Assembly (NCBI GenBank): GCA_040756745.1
Contig: JBFLYO010000007.1
Location: 47,621 to 111,620, forward strand
Direction of reading: 5' to 3'
Length of the DNA stretch: 64,000 nucleotides
From: Bacteroidota bacterium
Lineage (GTDB): Bacteria > Bacteroidota > Ignavibacteria > UBA10030 > UBA6906
A program made the translations under genes and the position numbers. Below are positions 52,415-61,788 of this stretch, in pieces; position 1 is the first letter of the stretch; the number at the start of each line of letters is the position of its first letter. Below the pieces are notes generated by a model. That model saw nothing but the letters and a program-made list of their open reading frames with translations, was not told the origin of the DNA and searched no databases.

Positions 52415-52881
52415 CCCGCTGGGTGGGACGCGCTGCGATTGCCGCGCTTGTCATCATCGGCCTGGTACTCATGCGTCCGACGCGGGAGGCGCCGGCCGCT
52501 CCCGACCTTCGGTCGGACAGTCTGGCCGCCCAGTATCTCAGAGCGGTGCGATCACAGAAGCCACCGGAACTGCTCAAGAGAACCGCCGATCGTCGCCGCG
52601 TGCAAAGGATCGGCTACATATTAACGCTCGACGGCGTCATGCGCCAGCACGCTCTCGACGCCCTCCTCCCGTATCTTCGCATGCGACTTCACCTCGAGTT
52701 CTGGCTGCCGCAGGATCAACTCGTGGCGTACATCCCCATCATCCAACCCGAACGGCGAGATCTGGGATTCCCGGAGTTCTTCACATACGGCAGCAAGTCT
52801 GCGGCCATCCCCCTCTATGAAGACAGGACTTTTCCGGCCGACCCGTGGGCTGCGCCCGGTGATTCGTTGATGGTGAAATGA
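52387..52881 (+). CDS. hypothetical single-pass membrane protein
   Basis: One TM (AAIAALVIIGLVLM), no recognisable family. 28-nt overlap with the permease gene. Confidence 0.5.
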   Translation: MDSETKGLLTRWVGRAAIAALVIIGLVLMRPTREAPAAPDLRSDSLAAQYLRAVRSQKPPELLKRTADRRRVQRIGYILTLDGVMRQHALDALLPYLRMRLHLEFWLPQDQLVAYIPIIQPERRDLGFPEFFTYGSKSAAIPLYEDRTFPADPWAAPGDSLMVK

Positions 52882-52882
52882 G

Positions 52883-53596
52883 ATGCAGAACACGAGGCAG
52901 ACCCGATTGCTGCTCTCCGTCGATGCATCCCGGAGATACCGCGAGGGAGAATTTGCCCGCGTCATCCCCCCTGCAGCCGGGATTGCAAACCTGCTCCTCT
53001 GTGCGACGTTGGAACCCGCGTTGAGAAGCGATTCCGCGGGGGGGGCGCATCTGCTGTTTGTCTTTCTTGAATCGGGCCTCATTGCGGCGTTGAACATTGT
53101 CTACTTCGCTGGACTTACGTCGGACATACTCGACAGGACGCGCATTTTCCCCCTCCGTCCCATCGACCGGTACACCTGTACGCTCGTTGCCGAACTGCGG
53201 CGGCATCTTACGCTGGGAGTTGTTCTTTCGGCGGCGGCTTTTTGTGTCGTCCTTCATGGGGCAACGATCCTTTCCGGCTTTATCGCTGCAGGGATATTCC
53301 TTCTTGTCGCTGTTGTCGTCGAACTTTCCGTTTCCTCTTGTGCGCTCCTTGTGCGACGGATGCGCCAGCCGTCGGCGGCAGCGCTTGGCATCGCCGCGGC
53401 GGTGCTCGCAGCGGCCTGTGTCGGCCTGCTGGTTTTCGACATTCCGGCCTTGCTGGCATCCCTCCCGCCGGTCCGTTGGGGAGCTCAAGGCTTACTGGCC
53501 GCCGGGCGCGGAGAGGCGGGAGACGCGCTTCTGAACGCCCTGTATCTCACTGCGTGGGGCGGATGCGCAGCGATCATTGGGACGAGGTATTCCTGA
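52883..53596 (+). CDS. hypothetical polytopic membrane protein
   Basis: About 6 hydrophobic segments. No family recognised. Confidence 0.55.
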   Translation: MQNTRQTRLLLSVDASRRYREGEFARVIPPAAGIANLLLCATLEPALRSDSAGGAHLLFVFLESGLIAALNIVYFAGLTSDILDRTRIFPLRPIDRYTCTLVAELRRHLTLGVVLSAAAFCVVLHGATILSGFIAAGIFLLVAVVVELSVSSCALLVRRMRQPSAAALGIAAAVLAAACVGLLVFDIPALLASLPPVRWGAQGLLAAGRGEAGDALLNALYLTAWGGCAAIIGTRYS

Positions 53597-54252
53597 TGCC
53601 CCGATGGAAAGAGCTGGCGTTATTCCAGACCGACATGAGACAATGCTTTTCCCTCCGTCGCGTACCTGTGTATGCCACCTTTACCGTCGCAGGGATCATG
53701 CTGGTGGCGCAGCGGGGGGATCTCCCCCCCCTGGGTGCGATCTGCCTCGTCACGCTCAGCGCGCTTGAGGCCCAGTTCAATAATATCCTGTACCATTCGC
53801 ACGCAGAGCTGGACGCATTGACGATTCTCCCGCTCGACTGGCAACGAGTCATCATAGCCAAGAACCTCTCCACCGCCGTGGCAACCGGGCTTCTTGGCGG
53901 AATGATGGCAACAAGCATACTCTACTTTTCTCCCGCTCATATCGGTGATCGAGAAGTAAGCGATGCGGCTCTCTTCCTCTGGTCGATTTTCTTCCCCCTT
54001 CTGATAATCGGAAACCTGCGGTCAGTCCAGGAGCCCCGCAGCCAAAGGGATCACACCCGGGAAGCGCTGGTGCAGACCGCAGGAATGGCCCTCCTTGTGG
54101 TCATTCTCTCAATCCCCTACGTTCTTCTGAATACACTCGTGGCTTCCCCGGTCGTGACATTCTGCTATTGCGCGGCTACCACATTTGCGTGGATACGCTG
54201 GTCCGTGCCGCACACTGCCGCACGCGCTGCGCATCTCCTGGGAGGGCCATGA
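53596..54252 (+). CDS. hypothetical polytopic membrane protein
   Basis: Start at MPRWKELALFQ (TGATG junction with the preceding gene). About 6 hydrophobic segments. Confidence 0.55.
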   Translation: MPRWKELALFQTDMRQCFSLRRVPVYATFTVAGIMLVAQRGDLPPLGAICLVTLSALEAQFNNILYHSHAELDALTILPLDWQRVIIAKNLSTAVATGLLGGMMATSILYFSPAHIGDREVSDAALFLWSIFFPLLIIGNLRSVQEPRSQRDHTREALVQTAGMALLVVILSIPYVLLNTLVASPVVTFCYCAATTFAWIRWSVPHTAARAAHLLGGP

Positions 54253-55037
54253 CCGCGCGACACCCTGTGCTGGAAATCGATGGCCTTGTCAAAACCTACG
54301 GGGACGGTCCGCGGGCAGTCGACGGGCTCTCCCTTCGGGTTCCTGAGGGCTGCGTCTTCGGATGCATCGGGCTGAACGGTGCAGGAAAGACGACGACCAT
54401 CCGCATCATCGCCGGGCTCCTTGCACGCGACGAAGGCACCATCCGGATATGCGGGCGCGAGCTCACGCCGGGGAATGCAGCTCTGAAACGCCAGCTGGGG
54501 TTCGTGCTGGACGAGCCCTTGTATTTCGACTGGATGGCGGCCGGCGAATACCTCGCGTTCGTTGGAGCCATGTACGGCCTTGAGATGGCGACGGCACGCA
54601 GACGGGCGGAAGAACTGCTCGAGTTCTTCGATCTCTCCGCGAAAGGTGAAGACCCGATCGCGACCTTCTCGACCGGGATGAAGAAGAAGGTTTCCCTTGC
54701 CGCCGCGGTGATCCATTCGCCTGCGCTGATCGTGCTCGACGAACCGCTGGAGGGGATCGACGCACTTGCCGCAAGCGCCATCAAGGAAACGCTGACCCTG
54801 ATGGCCGCGAAGGGGACGACCGTGTTCATTACCTCGCATGTGCTAGACACCGTGGAACGGCTTTGTTCCGATATTGCCATCGTCCATTACGGCAAGGTGG
54901 TGTTGCAGTGTCGTACCGACGAAATCCGGGCCCGGGCAAGAAAACGGCTGAAGGGGGGGACGTTTGAGTCGCTCGAAGAGCTCTTCGTCGAGACCGTGTC
55001 CGACAAGACAAAGCGTCGCGGGCTTTCGTTTCTCTGA
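54249..55037 (+). CDS. ABC transporter ATP-binding protein (second NBD of the cluster)
   Basis: Start at MTARHPVLEIDGLVKTYG (ATGA overlap). Contains GLNGAGKTTTI, FSTGMKKKV and IVLDEPLEG. Confidence 0.88.
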   Translation: MTARHPVLEIDGLVKTYGDGPRAVDGLSLRVPEGCVFGCIGLNGAGKTTTIRIIAGLLARDEGTIRICGRELTPGNAALKRQLGFVLDEPLYFDWMAAGEYLAFVGAMYGLEMATARRRAEELLEFFDLSAKGEDPIATFSTGMKKKVSLAAAVIHSPALIVLDEPLEGIDALAASAIKETLTLMAAKGTTVFITSHVLDTVERLCSDIAIVHYGKVVLQCRTDEIRARARKRLKGGTFESLEELFVETVSDKTKRRGLSFL

Positions 55038-55041
55038 TACC

Positions 55042-55725
55042 ATGGTGCTGCTCGACTTTCTGGTGCGTCCTCCGCGCGGCGCGCGGCTCCTTGCAGAGCG
55101 GCCGCGGTGGCTCGCACCGTTTCTAATCCTTGCGGCCATCCACGTGGCGTTGTCGCTGGTCGCCGACCGGCAGCAGACAGACGCCGTGCTCGCGCATCTT
55201 CCCGCGACGGCTGGCAACGCAGGCCGGTCAGAGGCGGCGGAATTCATTGTTGCAGGAATCATCACTCGCGCTCTTGTGCAGCCGGTCCGACTCCTCGCCG
55301 GGTGGAGTGCTTTTGCGGGCGTTATGTACCTGCTTGCTCGGTCGCTCGCCCCGCGCCAGCCGCTCTCCTACATGAAGTTGTTCGCCCTCGAGGTCCACGC
55401 GGAAGGGATCCTGGCTCTGGGCATGGCGGTTGCGCTTGCACGTTCGCTCGCCGCAGGATCTCCGGATCTTGGTCCGTTCACGCCCGCATTCAGCATGGCG
55501 ATTCTGAGTCCGGCGGATGCCCCAAACAGCGTCCGCGCATTGCTTGCCTCCCTGAATCTCTTTACATTATGGTACGCGGCCGTTCTCGCCGCTGGTACCC
55601 GTGTTCTCTGTGGTGTACGTGTGCGTGTTGCGGTCGTTGTTGCGGCCGGCTCCTGGGCGCTTTCCGTCCTCTTCGACATCGGAATCCTCACTCTCCTCAT
55701 CAGTGCGCTGCACCTGCGGGTGTGA
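55042..55725 (+). CDS. polytopic membrane protein (Yip1/DUF1282-like, tentative)
   Basis: Start at MVLLDFLVRPPRGARLLAERPRWLAPFLI. 5 TM segments. Confidence 0.5.
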   Translation: MVLLDFLVRPPRGARLLAERPRWLAPFLILAAIHVALSLVADRQQTDAVLAHLPATAGNAGRSEAAEFIVAGIITRALVQPVRLLAGWSAFAGVMYLLARSLAPRQPLSYMKLFALEVHAEGILALGMAVALARSLAAGSPDLGPFTPAFSMAILSPADAPNSVRALLASLNLFTLWYAAVLAAGTRVLCGVRVRVAVVVAAGSWALSVLFDIGILTLLISALHLRV

Positions 55726-55778
55726 GGCAGGTACCCCTCCGCGCACGGCTGTCCTGTAACTGACAAAGGAATGTTCAC

Positions 55779-56711
55779 ATGGCTCAAAAGTTGAAATTTG
55801 AGGATTTGCAGTCTCCGCTGGCGGCGAAGCGTAAAGGGGACGACAAGTTCCAGATCGTGGGGGTGATCGGGCTCGGCGTCATGGGCCAGGGAATTGCCGA
55901 AACGGTCGGCGGCGCCGGTATCGAGGTGATCGGCGTCGAGAAGAATGAGAAGACGCTCAAGGCCGGCCTGGAAGGCTTATCGAAGGCGATGGACCTCGAA
56001 ATCAAACGATGGGGAAAGACCGCCTCGGAGAAGCGCGCGGTCCTGAGCCGGGTCAAAGGGACCACCAATCTGGCGGGCCTGAAGGGATGCGACATCATCA
56101 TCGAGGCGGTGGATGAGAACTTCGAGATGAAGCGACAACTCATCGAGGCGTTCTATTCGATCGGCAAGGAGGAGGCGGTGTTCATTTCCAACACCGCAAC
56201 GCTGAGTCTGACCAAGCTCGCCCAGTCGAGCAGGCGCCCGGACCGGATCATCGGCATGCACTTCCTCAACCCCGTGCCGCAGGTCCCCCTGGTGGAGATC
56301 GTGCGCGGCATGAAAACGTCGGACGAAACCTTTGAGCTAGTCAAAGCGTTCGCGCGGCGGATCGGTAAGACCCCGGTCGAAGTTTTCGAATACCCGGGGT
56401 TCATCACCACGCGGATCATCCTGCCAATCCTCAACGAGGCAATGCATGTCCTGATGGAAGGGATCGCCAAAGCGGAAGACATCGACACCGCCATGAAACT
56501 CGGCTACGGCATGCAGGCAGGTCCGCTCGAGATGGCAGACTCCATGGGGCTGGATGAAGTCCTCATGTGGATGGAAACGCTCTTCCACGAGCTGGGTGAG
56601 CCCCGCTACCGCCCTTGCCCCCTGCTCCGGCGGATGGTGCGGGAACGCAAATTGGGCAAGAAGGCGGGAGAAGGCTTCTTCCGGTATAACGAGGATGGGA
56701 AGCGCCTATGA
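55779..56711 (+). CDS. hbd: 3-hydroxyacyl/3-hydroxybutyryl-CoA dehydrogenase
   Basis: VGVIGLGVMGQGIA NAD fold, ..GMHFLNPVPQVPLVEIVRG.. and ..GFITTRI.. Confidence 0.88.
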   Translation: MAQKLKFEDLQSPLAAKRKGDDKFQIVGVIGLGVMGQGIAETVGGAGIEVIGVEKNEKTLKAGLEGLSKAMDLEIKRWGKTASEKRAVLSRVKGTTNLAGLKGCDIIIEAVDENFEMKRQLIEAFYSIGKEEAVFISNTATLSLTKLAQSSRRPDRIIGMHFLNPVPQVPLVEIVRGMKTSDETFELVKAFARRIGKTPVEVFEYPGFITTRIILPILNEAMHVLMEGIAKAEDIDTAMKLGYGMQAGPLEMADSMGLDEVLMWMETLFHELGEPRYRPCPLLRRMVRERKLGKKAGEGFFRYNEDGKRL

Positions 56712-57955
56712 ACATCCTCGTCCTGAACTGCGGAAGCTCGTCGGTCAAATACCAGCTCATCGAAGCCGAGAACAGGAAGACCCTCACACGCGGTTCCGTG
56801 GAGCGGATCGGCATGAGCGGGGCCACGCTGACCAACGTTCGTCACGACGGCGACGAGATCCGGATCGCCGGAGAGATCGTTGACCACACCAGCGCCATCG
56901 AGTACATCCTGGCGGTCCTGCTCAGCCGGAACCACGGCGTCATCAGCGACAAATCCGACATCCATGCCATCGGCCATCGGGTCGTCCATGGGGGCGAAAC
57001 GTTCTCCGACTCCGTCCTGATCACCGAGGAGGTCATCAAGACTCTTCGGGATAACATCGAAATCGCGCCCCTGCATAACCCGCACAACCTGCGCGGCATT
57101 GCCGCATGCGACGTCAATCTCCCCGGCGTGCCTCAGGTAGGCGTGTTCGACACCTCCTTCCATCAGAAGATGCCGAAGAAGGCATATCTGTACGGCATCC
57201 CGTACTCGTTGTACTCGCAGTACAGGATCCGGCGCTACGGGTTCCACGGGACATCGCACCGGTACGTTGCTGCGCGTGCCGCAACGCTGCTCGGGAAGGA
57301 CCTGTCGCAACTCAAGCTCGTGACCTGCCACCTCGGCAACGGGTGCAGCATGGCGGCGGTGGACAGGGGCGTCTCGGTTGATACGACGATGGGTTTCACC
57401 CCGCTTGAAGGGCTCCTTATGGGGACACGCTCAGGAGATATTGACCCGTCCGTGATCCTGTTCGTGATGGGGAAGGAAGGGCTGTCGCTCGGCGAAGCAA
57501 ACACCCTTCTGAACAAGCACAGCGGTCTTCAGGGGATCTCCGGCATCAGCAGCGACATGCGGGAAATTGTGTCCGAGATGAAGAACGGCGACAAGAAAGC
57601 CACATATGCCTTTGATGTCTTCACCTACCGGGTCAAAAAATATATCGGCGCGTACGCGGCCGCTATGGGAGGGCTCGACGCCGTCGTTTTTACGGGCGGG
57701 ATCGGCGAGAACAGCGTCGACGTCCGCGCGGCGAGCTGCGCAGGGTTGGAATTCCTGGGGATCACGGTCGACGAGGCGCGCAACGCGTCGGAGGAAAAAG
57801 AAAAGAACATCTCCCGGCCGGGGTCACGGACCGCAGTCCTGGTGATCCCGACGAACGAAGAGATGGTGATCGCGATGGACACCATGGAGATCGTGCGCGC
57901 GCGGCAGCGAGAAGCAGAGGCGCGCACGCAGGAGGCGGAGGGGGGCAGACGTTGA
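56708..57955 (+). CDS. ackA: acetate kinase
   Basis: MNILVLNCGSSSVKYQL.., ..GHRVVHGG.., ..HLGNGCS.. ATGA overlap with hbd. Confidence 0.92.
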   Translation: MNILVLNCGSSSVKYQLIEAENRKTLTRGSVERIGMSGATLTNVRHDGDEIRIAGEIVDHTSAIEYILAVLLSRNHGVISDKSDIHAIGHRVVHGGETFSDSVLITEEVIKTLRDNIEIAPLHNPHNLRGIAACDVNLPGVPQVGVFDTSFHQKMPKKAYLYGIPYSLYSQYRIRRYGFHGTSHRYVAARAATLLGKDLSQLKLVTCHLGNGCSMAAVDRGVSVDTTMGFTPLEGLLMGTRSGDIDPSVILFVMGKEGLSLGEANTLLNKHSGLQGISGISSDMREIVSEMKNGDKKATYAFDVFTYRVKKYIGAYAAAMGGLDAVVFTGGIGENSVDVRAASCAGLEFLGITVDEARNASEEKEKNISRPGSRTAVLVIPTNEEMVIAMDTMEIVRARQREAEARTQEAEGGRR

Positions 57956-57983
57956 CCGTCCCCCCACGGGAGGCTGCACCGTA

Positions 57984-58595
57984 TTACGGGATAAACGTTA
58001 CTCTCCCCCCCGTCCGGTCAGCGAGGGCGCCGCGGAGTTGCCCGGCCCGCGACGCCCGAACCTCCAGGCGCATGACCACCTGGTCGTGGTACGTTGTTTC
58101 GACCGTGCGTGCCCCGGTCTTCGCGATGGCGTGCATGACACCCCCCATCTGATCGTGGGCGAAGGAGATCGTCATCTGTTCCATTACATAGGTGGTCTCC
58201 CGCTGCGCGGACGCGAGAGCGCGCGCCGCGGCGCCACCATACGCCCGGTGTAGCCCGCCGACACCCAGCTTTGTCCCGCCGAAATACCGGATCACCACAA
58301 CAAGAACATTCCTGAGACCCTCCCTGTCAATAGCGTGCAGGATAGGCTTCCCCGCCGATCCCGCCGGCTCGCCGTCATCATGCGCGCGATGCTGCTCACC
58401 CGAGGAACCGAGCCGGTATGCGTAACAGTGATGCGTCGCATCGTGGAACTCCCCGCGCAGAGCGTTCAGCACCACCTCCACCTCATCCCGCTTCCGAACG
58501 TGGTGCACAACTGCGATAAACCTGGAGTCCCGCACTTTCATTTCAATGCGAGCACCGCCGCGAACTGTCTCGAAGGCATCTGCCTCGGCATCCAT
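57984..58595 (-). CDS. YigZ/IMPACT-family (UPF0029) protein
   Basis: Start moved to MDAEADAFETV. Contains ..ATHHCYAYRL.., ..DDGEPAGSAGKPIL.. and ..VVVIRYFGGTKLG.. Confidence 0.8.
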   Translation of the reverse strand: MDAEADAFETVRGGARIEMKVRDSRFIAVVHHVRKRDEVEVVLNALRGEFHDATHHCYAYRLGSSGEQHRAHDDGEPAGSAGKPILHAIDREGLRNVLVVVIRYFGGTKLGVGGLHRAYGGAAARALASAQRETTYVMEQMTISFAHDQMGGVMHAIAKTGARTVETTYHDQVVMRLEVRASRAGQLRGALADRTGGRVTFIP

Positions 58596-58690
58596 CGATG
58601 CCACAGTACCAAAAAGCGGAGGTTTTTGCAAGGACGCTTGCGTGTCGATTCTCCCTGTTGTATCTTCATCGGGACAAATTCCATGAAGGC

Positions 58691-59806
58691 ATGAAAATAG
58701 GCATTGTATGTTATCCGACCTACGGCGGGAGCGGCGTCGTTGCGACCGAACTTGGAAAAGCACTGGCGGCACGGGGACATCAGATCCATTTCATCAGCTA
58801 CGCCATGCCGCAGCGCCTCGACGGGTTTGTCGGGAATGTGTACTACCACGAAGTGGAGATGGCGAGTTATCCGCTCTTTGAGTTCCCCCTGTACACACCG
58901 GCCCTGGCAAGTAAGATCGTCGAGGTAGCCCGTTTCGAACGGCTGGATCTCGTCCACGTCCACTACGCCATCCCGCACGCGCTCAGCGCATACCTGGCGC
59001 GGGAGATGCTGGCCACCGACATGAAGGTAATCACGACACTCCATGGAACCGACATCACTCTGGTGGGCCTGGAGCCGAGCTTCCTGCCGGTCATGAAGTT
59101 CAGCATCGAGCAGAGTGACGGGGTAACCGCGGTATCGCGCTTCCTCCGGGAGAAGACTACCACGAACTATGGGATCGACAAAGACATCCGCGTCATCCCG
59201 AACTTCGTCGATACCGAAAAGTACCGCCGCATCGAAGCGGAAACGATCCGGTCGAAATTTGCGCCTCCCGGCGAGCGGCTGCTCATCCATATCTCAAACT
59301 TCCGGTCCGTGAAACGGGTCCCGGACGTGATCAGGATTTTCGATGAAGTCCGCAAGAAAGTGCCGTCTCATCTCCTGCTCGTCGGCGACGGCCCCGACCG
59401 CTCGGCCTGCGAGATCCTTGTCCGGGAGCTTGGACTGCATGAGCGAGTCCGATTCCTCGGAAAACAGCTGGAAATCGTCCCCATCCTCTCCGCCTCCGAC
59501 CTGATGCTCATGCCGAGCCAGTCGGAGAGCTTCGGCCTCTCTGCGCTCGAAGCGATGGCCTGTGAAGTCCCCGTTGTATCCTCGAGCGTGGGAGGATTGC
59601 CGGAACTGCAGGTGCACGGGGAAACGGGCTATATTGCGGAGATCGGCGACATCGACAGGATGGCGCGTTACGCGGTGGATCTCCTCACCAACGATGCCAA
59701 ACGAGGAATGTTTGGGGAGGCATGCCGGAAGCGGGCGGTGAGCTGCTTCGACATGCGCCCGATCGTGACCATGTATGAGGAATACTACGGAGAGTGTCTG
59801 CAATGA
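58691..59806 (+). CDS. bshA: N-acetyl-alpha-D-glucosaminyl L-malate synthase (bacillithiol biosynthesis GT4)
   Basis: Start at MKIGIVCYPTYGGSGVVATELGKALAARGHQIHFISY, the characteristic BshA N-terminus. GT4 E-X7-E region ..ESFGLSALEAMACEVP.. Confidence 0.85.
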   Translation: MKIGIVCYPTYGGSGVVATELGKALAARGHQIHFISYAMPQRLDGFVGNVYYHEVEMASYPLFEFPLYTPALASKIVEVARFERLDLVHVHYAIPHALSAYLAREMLATDMKVITTLHGTDITLVGLEPSFLPVMKFSIEQSDGVTAVSRFLREKTTTNYGIDKDIRVIPNFVDTEKYRRIEAETIRSKFAPPGERLLIHISNFRSVKRVPDVIRIFDEVRKKVPSHLLLVGDGPDRSACEILVRELGLHERVRFLGKQLEIVPILSASDLMLMPSQSESFGLSALEAMACEVPVVSSSVGGLPELQVHGETGYIAEIGDIDRMARYAVDLLTNDAKRGMFGEACRKRAVSCFDMRPIVTMYEEYYGECLQ

Positions 59807-60105
59807 TGGATGTCGCTCGGTGGACGAAATCGAAGAAGCCGGAATTGGAGGAGCTGAAGAAGCTGCTGGAAAAAGAGGGTCTCGCGTCAGAACTCTATTC
59901 GGATCCGCCGGGTATGAAGTATGGCCGGCACAAGCATGACTTCGACGACTTCATCGTGATCGTCTCCGGAAGAATGAAGCTGGCCACTGACGAGCACGAA
60001 TGGGTGCTGAAGCCGGGGGACCGCATCGACATCCCGGCGAACACCCCACACCGGGCGGAGATGATGGGAAAGGAAGAAGTGCGGTATCTCTCCGCCGCAA
60101 AGTGA
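59803..60105 (+). CDS. small cupin-domain protein
   Basis: ..GRHKHDFDDFIVIVSG..GDRIDIPANTPHRAE.. are the cupin motifs. ATGA overlap with the bshA stop. Confidence 0.7.
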   Translation: MMDVARWTKSKKPELEELKKLLEKEGLASELYSDPPGMKYGRHKHDFDDFIVIVSGRMKLATDEHEWVLKPGDRIDIPANTPHRAEMMGKEEVRYLSAAK

Positions 60106-60126
60106 GGCCGCGCCGGAGGTTCCGGT

Positions 60127-60687
60127 TCAACGGCGCATCGAGCGACGACTGAACAGCAGGTCCATAGCACCGAGAAGCGCGGCCACAGCTGCGGTGAAGG
60201 TCAGGATGGCCAGCGCGCCCTGCTGGGATAGGAAGGGAAAGTGTCTCGCAACGACCGCGCCAAGACCGCTCGCCGCCTGTGTCAGCGCATTCCATGGTTC
60301 AGTGACCCATCGTCCCGCCCCCTCACCTCCTGGCGCAAGCCCACCCAGATCTATGACGCCGGTGACAGCACATACGGCGATCAGCGTCGCTGCGACAATC
60401 AGGAACGCGAACCCCGCTCCGACCCTGGCAAGAACGCGCAGGGCCGCATCGTGAGGCATGCCAATGTGAAGGCGCTCCAGGACAGTCCCAGAGAGATGCA
60501 CAGAGGCGCGTTCGAGAGGGATCTGTCGCAATATCTGGTCGACACGTTTGAATTCCTGCAGTTCGCTCCGGCACCGCGTGCAGGCGGTGAGGTGGTCGGC
60601 AACGGAGCGCAGTTCGGCTACCGTCAGCGTGCCGTCGACGTACCCCTGCAGCATATCCCCCGGGTGGCCGATGGTCCGATCGTTCAT
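60127..60687 (-). CDS. anti-sigma factor (zf-HC2) with C-terminal TM segments
   Basis: ..HLTACTRCRSELQEF.. is the zinc-finger motif. ATGA overlap with the sigma gene stop. Confidence 0.75.
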   Translation of the reverse strand: MNDRTIGHPGDMLQGYVDGTLTVAELRSVADHLTACTRCRSELQEFKRVDQILRQIPLERASVHLSGTVLERLHIGMPHDAALRVLARVGAGFAFLIVAATLIAVCAVTGVIDLGGLAPGGEGAGRWVTEPWNALTQAASGLGAVVARHFPFLSQQGALAILTFTAAVAALLGAMDLLFSRRSMRR

Positions 60688-61274
60688 GTGACGTTCACCT
60701 CCTTGTCGCAACGACCCTTTATCCGCTCCCGCAGGCGCGACCGACCCCGGAAGAGCAATGTCTTTACCGTGCCGATCGGGATCTGCATGACCGACGCCAT
60801 CGCACTGTACGACAGCCCTTCGACGTAGAAGAGCAGGACGGCCGTCCGCATTTGTGCCGGAAGCCGCGCGATCTCCTCGCCGATACGATGCTGAAGCTCC
60901 TCCTCTTCGATCTGTTCGAGAGGGGTGGGGTTCCGCTCACCCGCGGAATCCGCGGAGGCATCGAGCTCGTCGGAGATCTCGACAGTGAGGACACGCTTCC
61001 CCTCCCGTGAGATCCTGCTCATGCAGAGGTTATACACGATCCTGTACAACCAGGTCCCGAATGAGGCCTCCCCCCTGAACCTGTCCAGACTCCGGTATGC
61101 CCGCACGAAAGCGTCCTGGACCAGCTCCTCGGCCGCTTCCCGGTCCTCCACAAGCCGAAACGCAAGCGTGAAGGCGCGGTCCTTGTAGCGGTTGACCAGT
61201 ATTGCATAGTCGCGATGGCCCCCCGCGAGGATTCGGGCGATCACGTCCTGTTCGCTATGGGGGGAAGGGATCAT
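60684..61274 (-). CDS. ECF-type RNA polymerase sigma factor
   Basis: Region 2 (..AEELVQDAFVRAY..FGTWLYRIVYN..) and region 4 (..LSYSAMASVMQIPIGTVKTLLFRGR..). ATG at 61274 is preferred to the track GTG at 61280. Confidence 0.88.
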   Translation of the reverse strand: MIPSPHSEQDVIARILAGGHRDYAILVNRYKDRAFTLAFRLVEDREAAEELVQDAFVRAYRSLDRFRGEASFGTWLYRIVYNLCMSRISREGKRVLTVEISDELDASADSAGERNPTPLEQIEEEELQHRIGEEIARLPAQMRTAVLLFYVEGLSYSAMASVMQIPIGTVKTLLFRGRSRLRERIKGRCDKEVNVT

Positions 61275-61284
61275 CGACACACTG

Positions 61285-61314
61285 TTAGACTCCTCACGGC
61301 ACTTCAGGGTTTCA
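61285..61314 (-). promoter_or_regulatory. ECF-type promoter TGAAAC-N18-GTCTAA (sigma/anti-sigma operon)
   Basis: Read on the minus strand. The identical motif pair and spacing occur on the opposite strand at 61326-61355. Confidence 0.5.
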
Positions 61315-61325
61315 CCCGGGGCATA

Positions 61326-61355
61326 TGAAACATCCGGCGCCGGCGTGCAGTCTAA
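61326..61355 (+). promoter_or_regulatory. ECF-type promoter TGAAAC-N18-GTCTAA (divergent membrane-protein gene)
   Basis: TGAAAC 61326-61331 and GTCTAA 61350-61355, about 40 nt upstream of the ATG at 61398. Confidence 0.5.
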
Positions 61356-61397
61356 ATCATCGACACAATCTCACTCAGCCATCACGCGGAGGGCACC

Positions 61398-61754
61398 ATG
61401 CAAGCTGTCGAAGTACTGATACCCATAATCTTCTTTCTCTCCACAGCGGCCGTGTTGGCCGTCTATCTGTTCACACGGCACCGGGAGCGGGTGTTGATGA
61501 TCGACAAAGGCATGCAATCCGATGAGATTAAGGCCATGTACGCACGGCGATGGTTCAAGGCCAACCCGCTCGGCTCGTTGAAATGGGGGATGCTGTTTGT
61601 GGGCATCGGACTCGCCGCCCTTCTCGGCATCTGGCTGCGGGAGAATTACGTGTTCAACGACGGCGTGATTCCCGGGATGATGACGCTCTTCGGAGGGATA
61701 GCTCTGATCCTGTTCTACGTGGTTGCCAGGCGAAAGGAAGGGGATGGTGATTAA
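61398..61754 (+). CDS. small 3-4 TM membrane protein (DUF6249-like, tentative)
   Basis: GGAGGG RBS. MQAVEVLIPIIFFLSTAAVLAVYLFTRHRERVLMIDKG.. pattern, next to an ECF sigma gene. Confidence 0.6.
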   Translation: MQAVEVLIPIIFFLSTAAVLAVYLFTRHRERVLMIDKGMQSDEIKAMYARRWFKANPLGSLKWGMLFVGIGLAALLGIWLRENYVFNDGVIPGMMTLFGGIALILFYVVARRKEGDGD

Positions 61755-61788
61755 CGGGATGTCCGGGGGCTCTCCCACCCGGGAGGGA

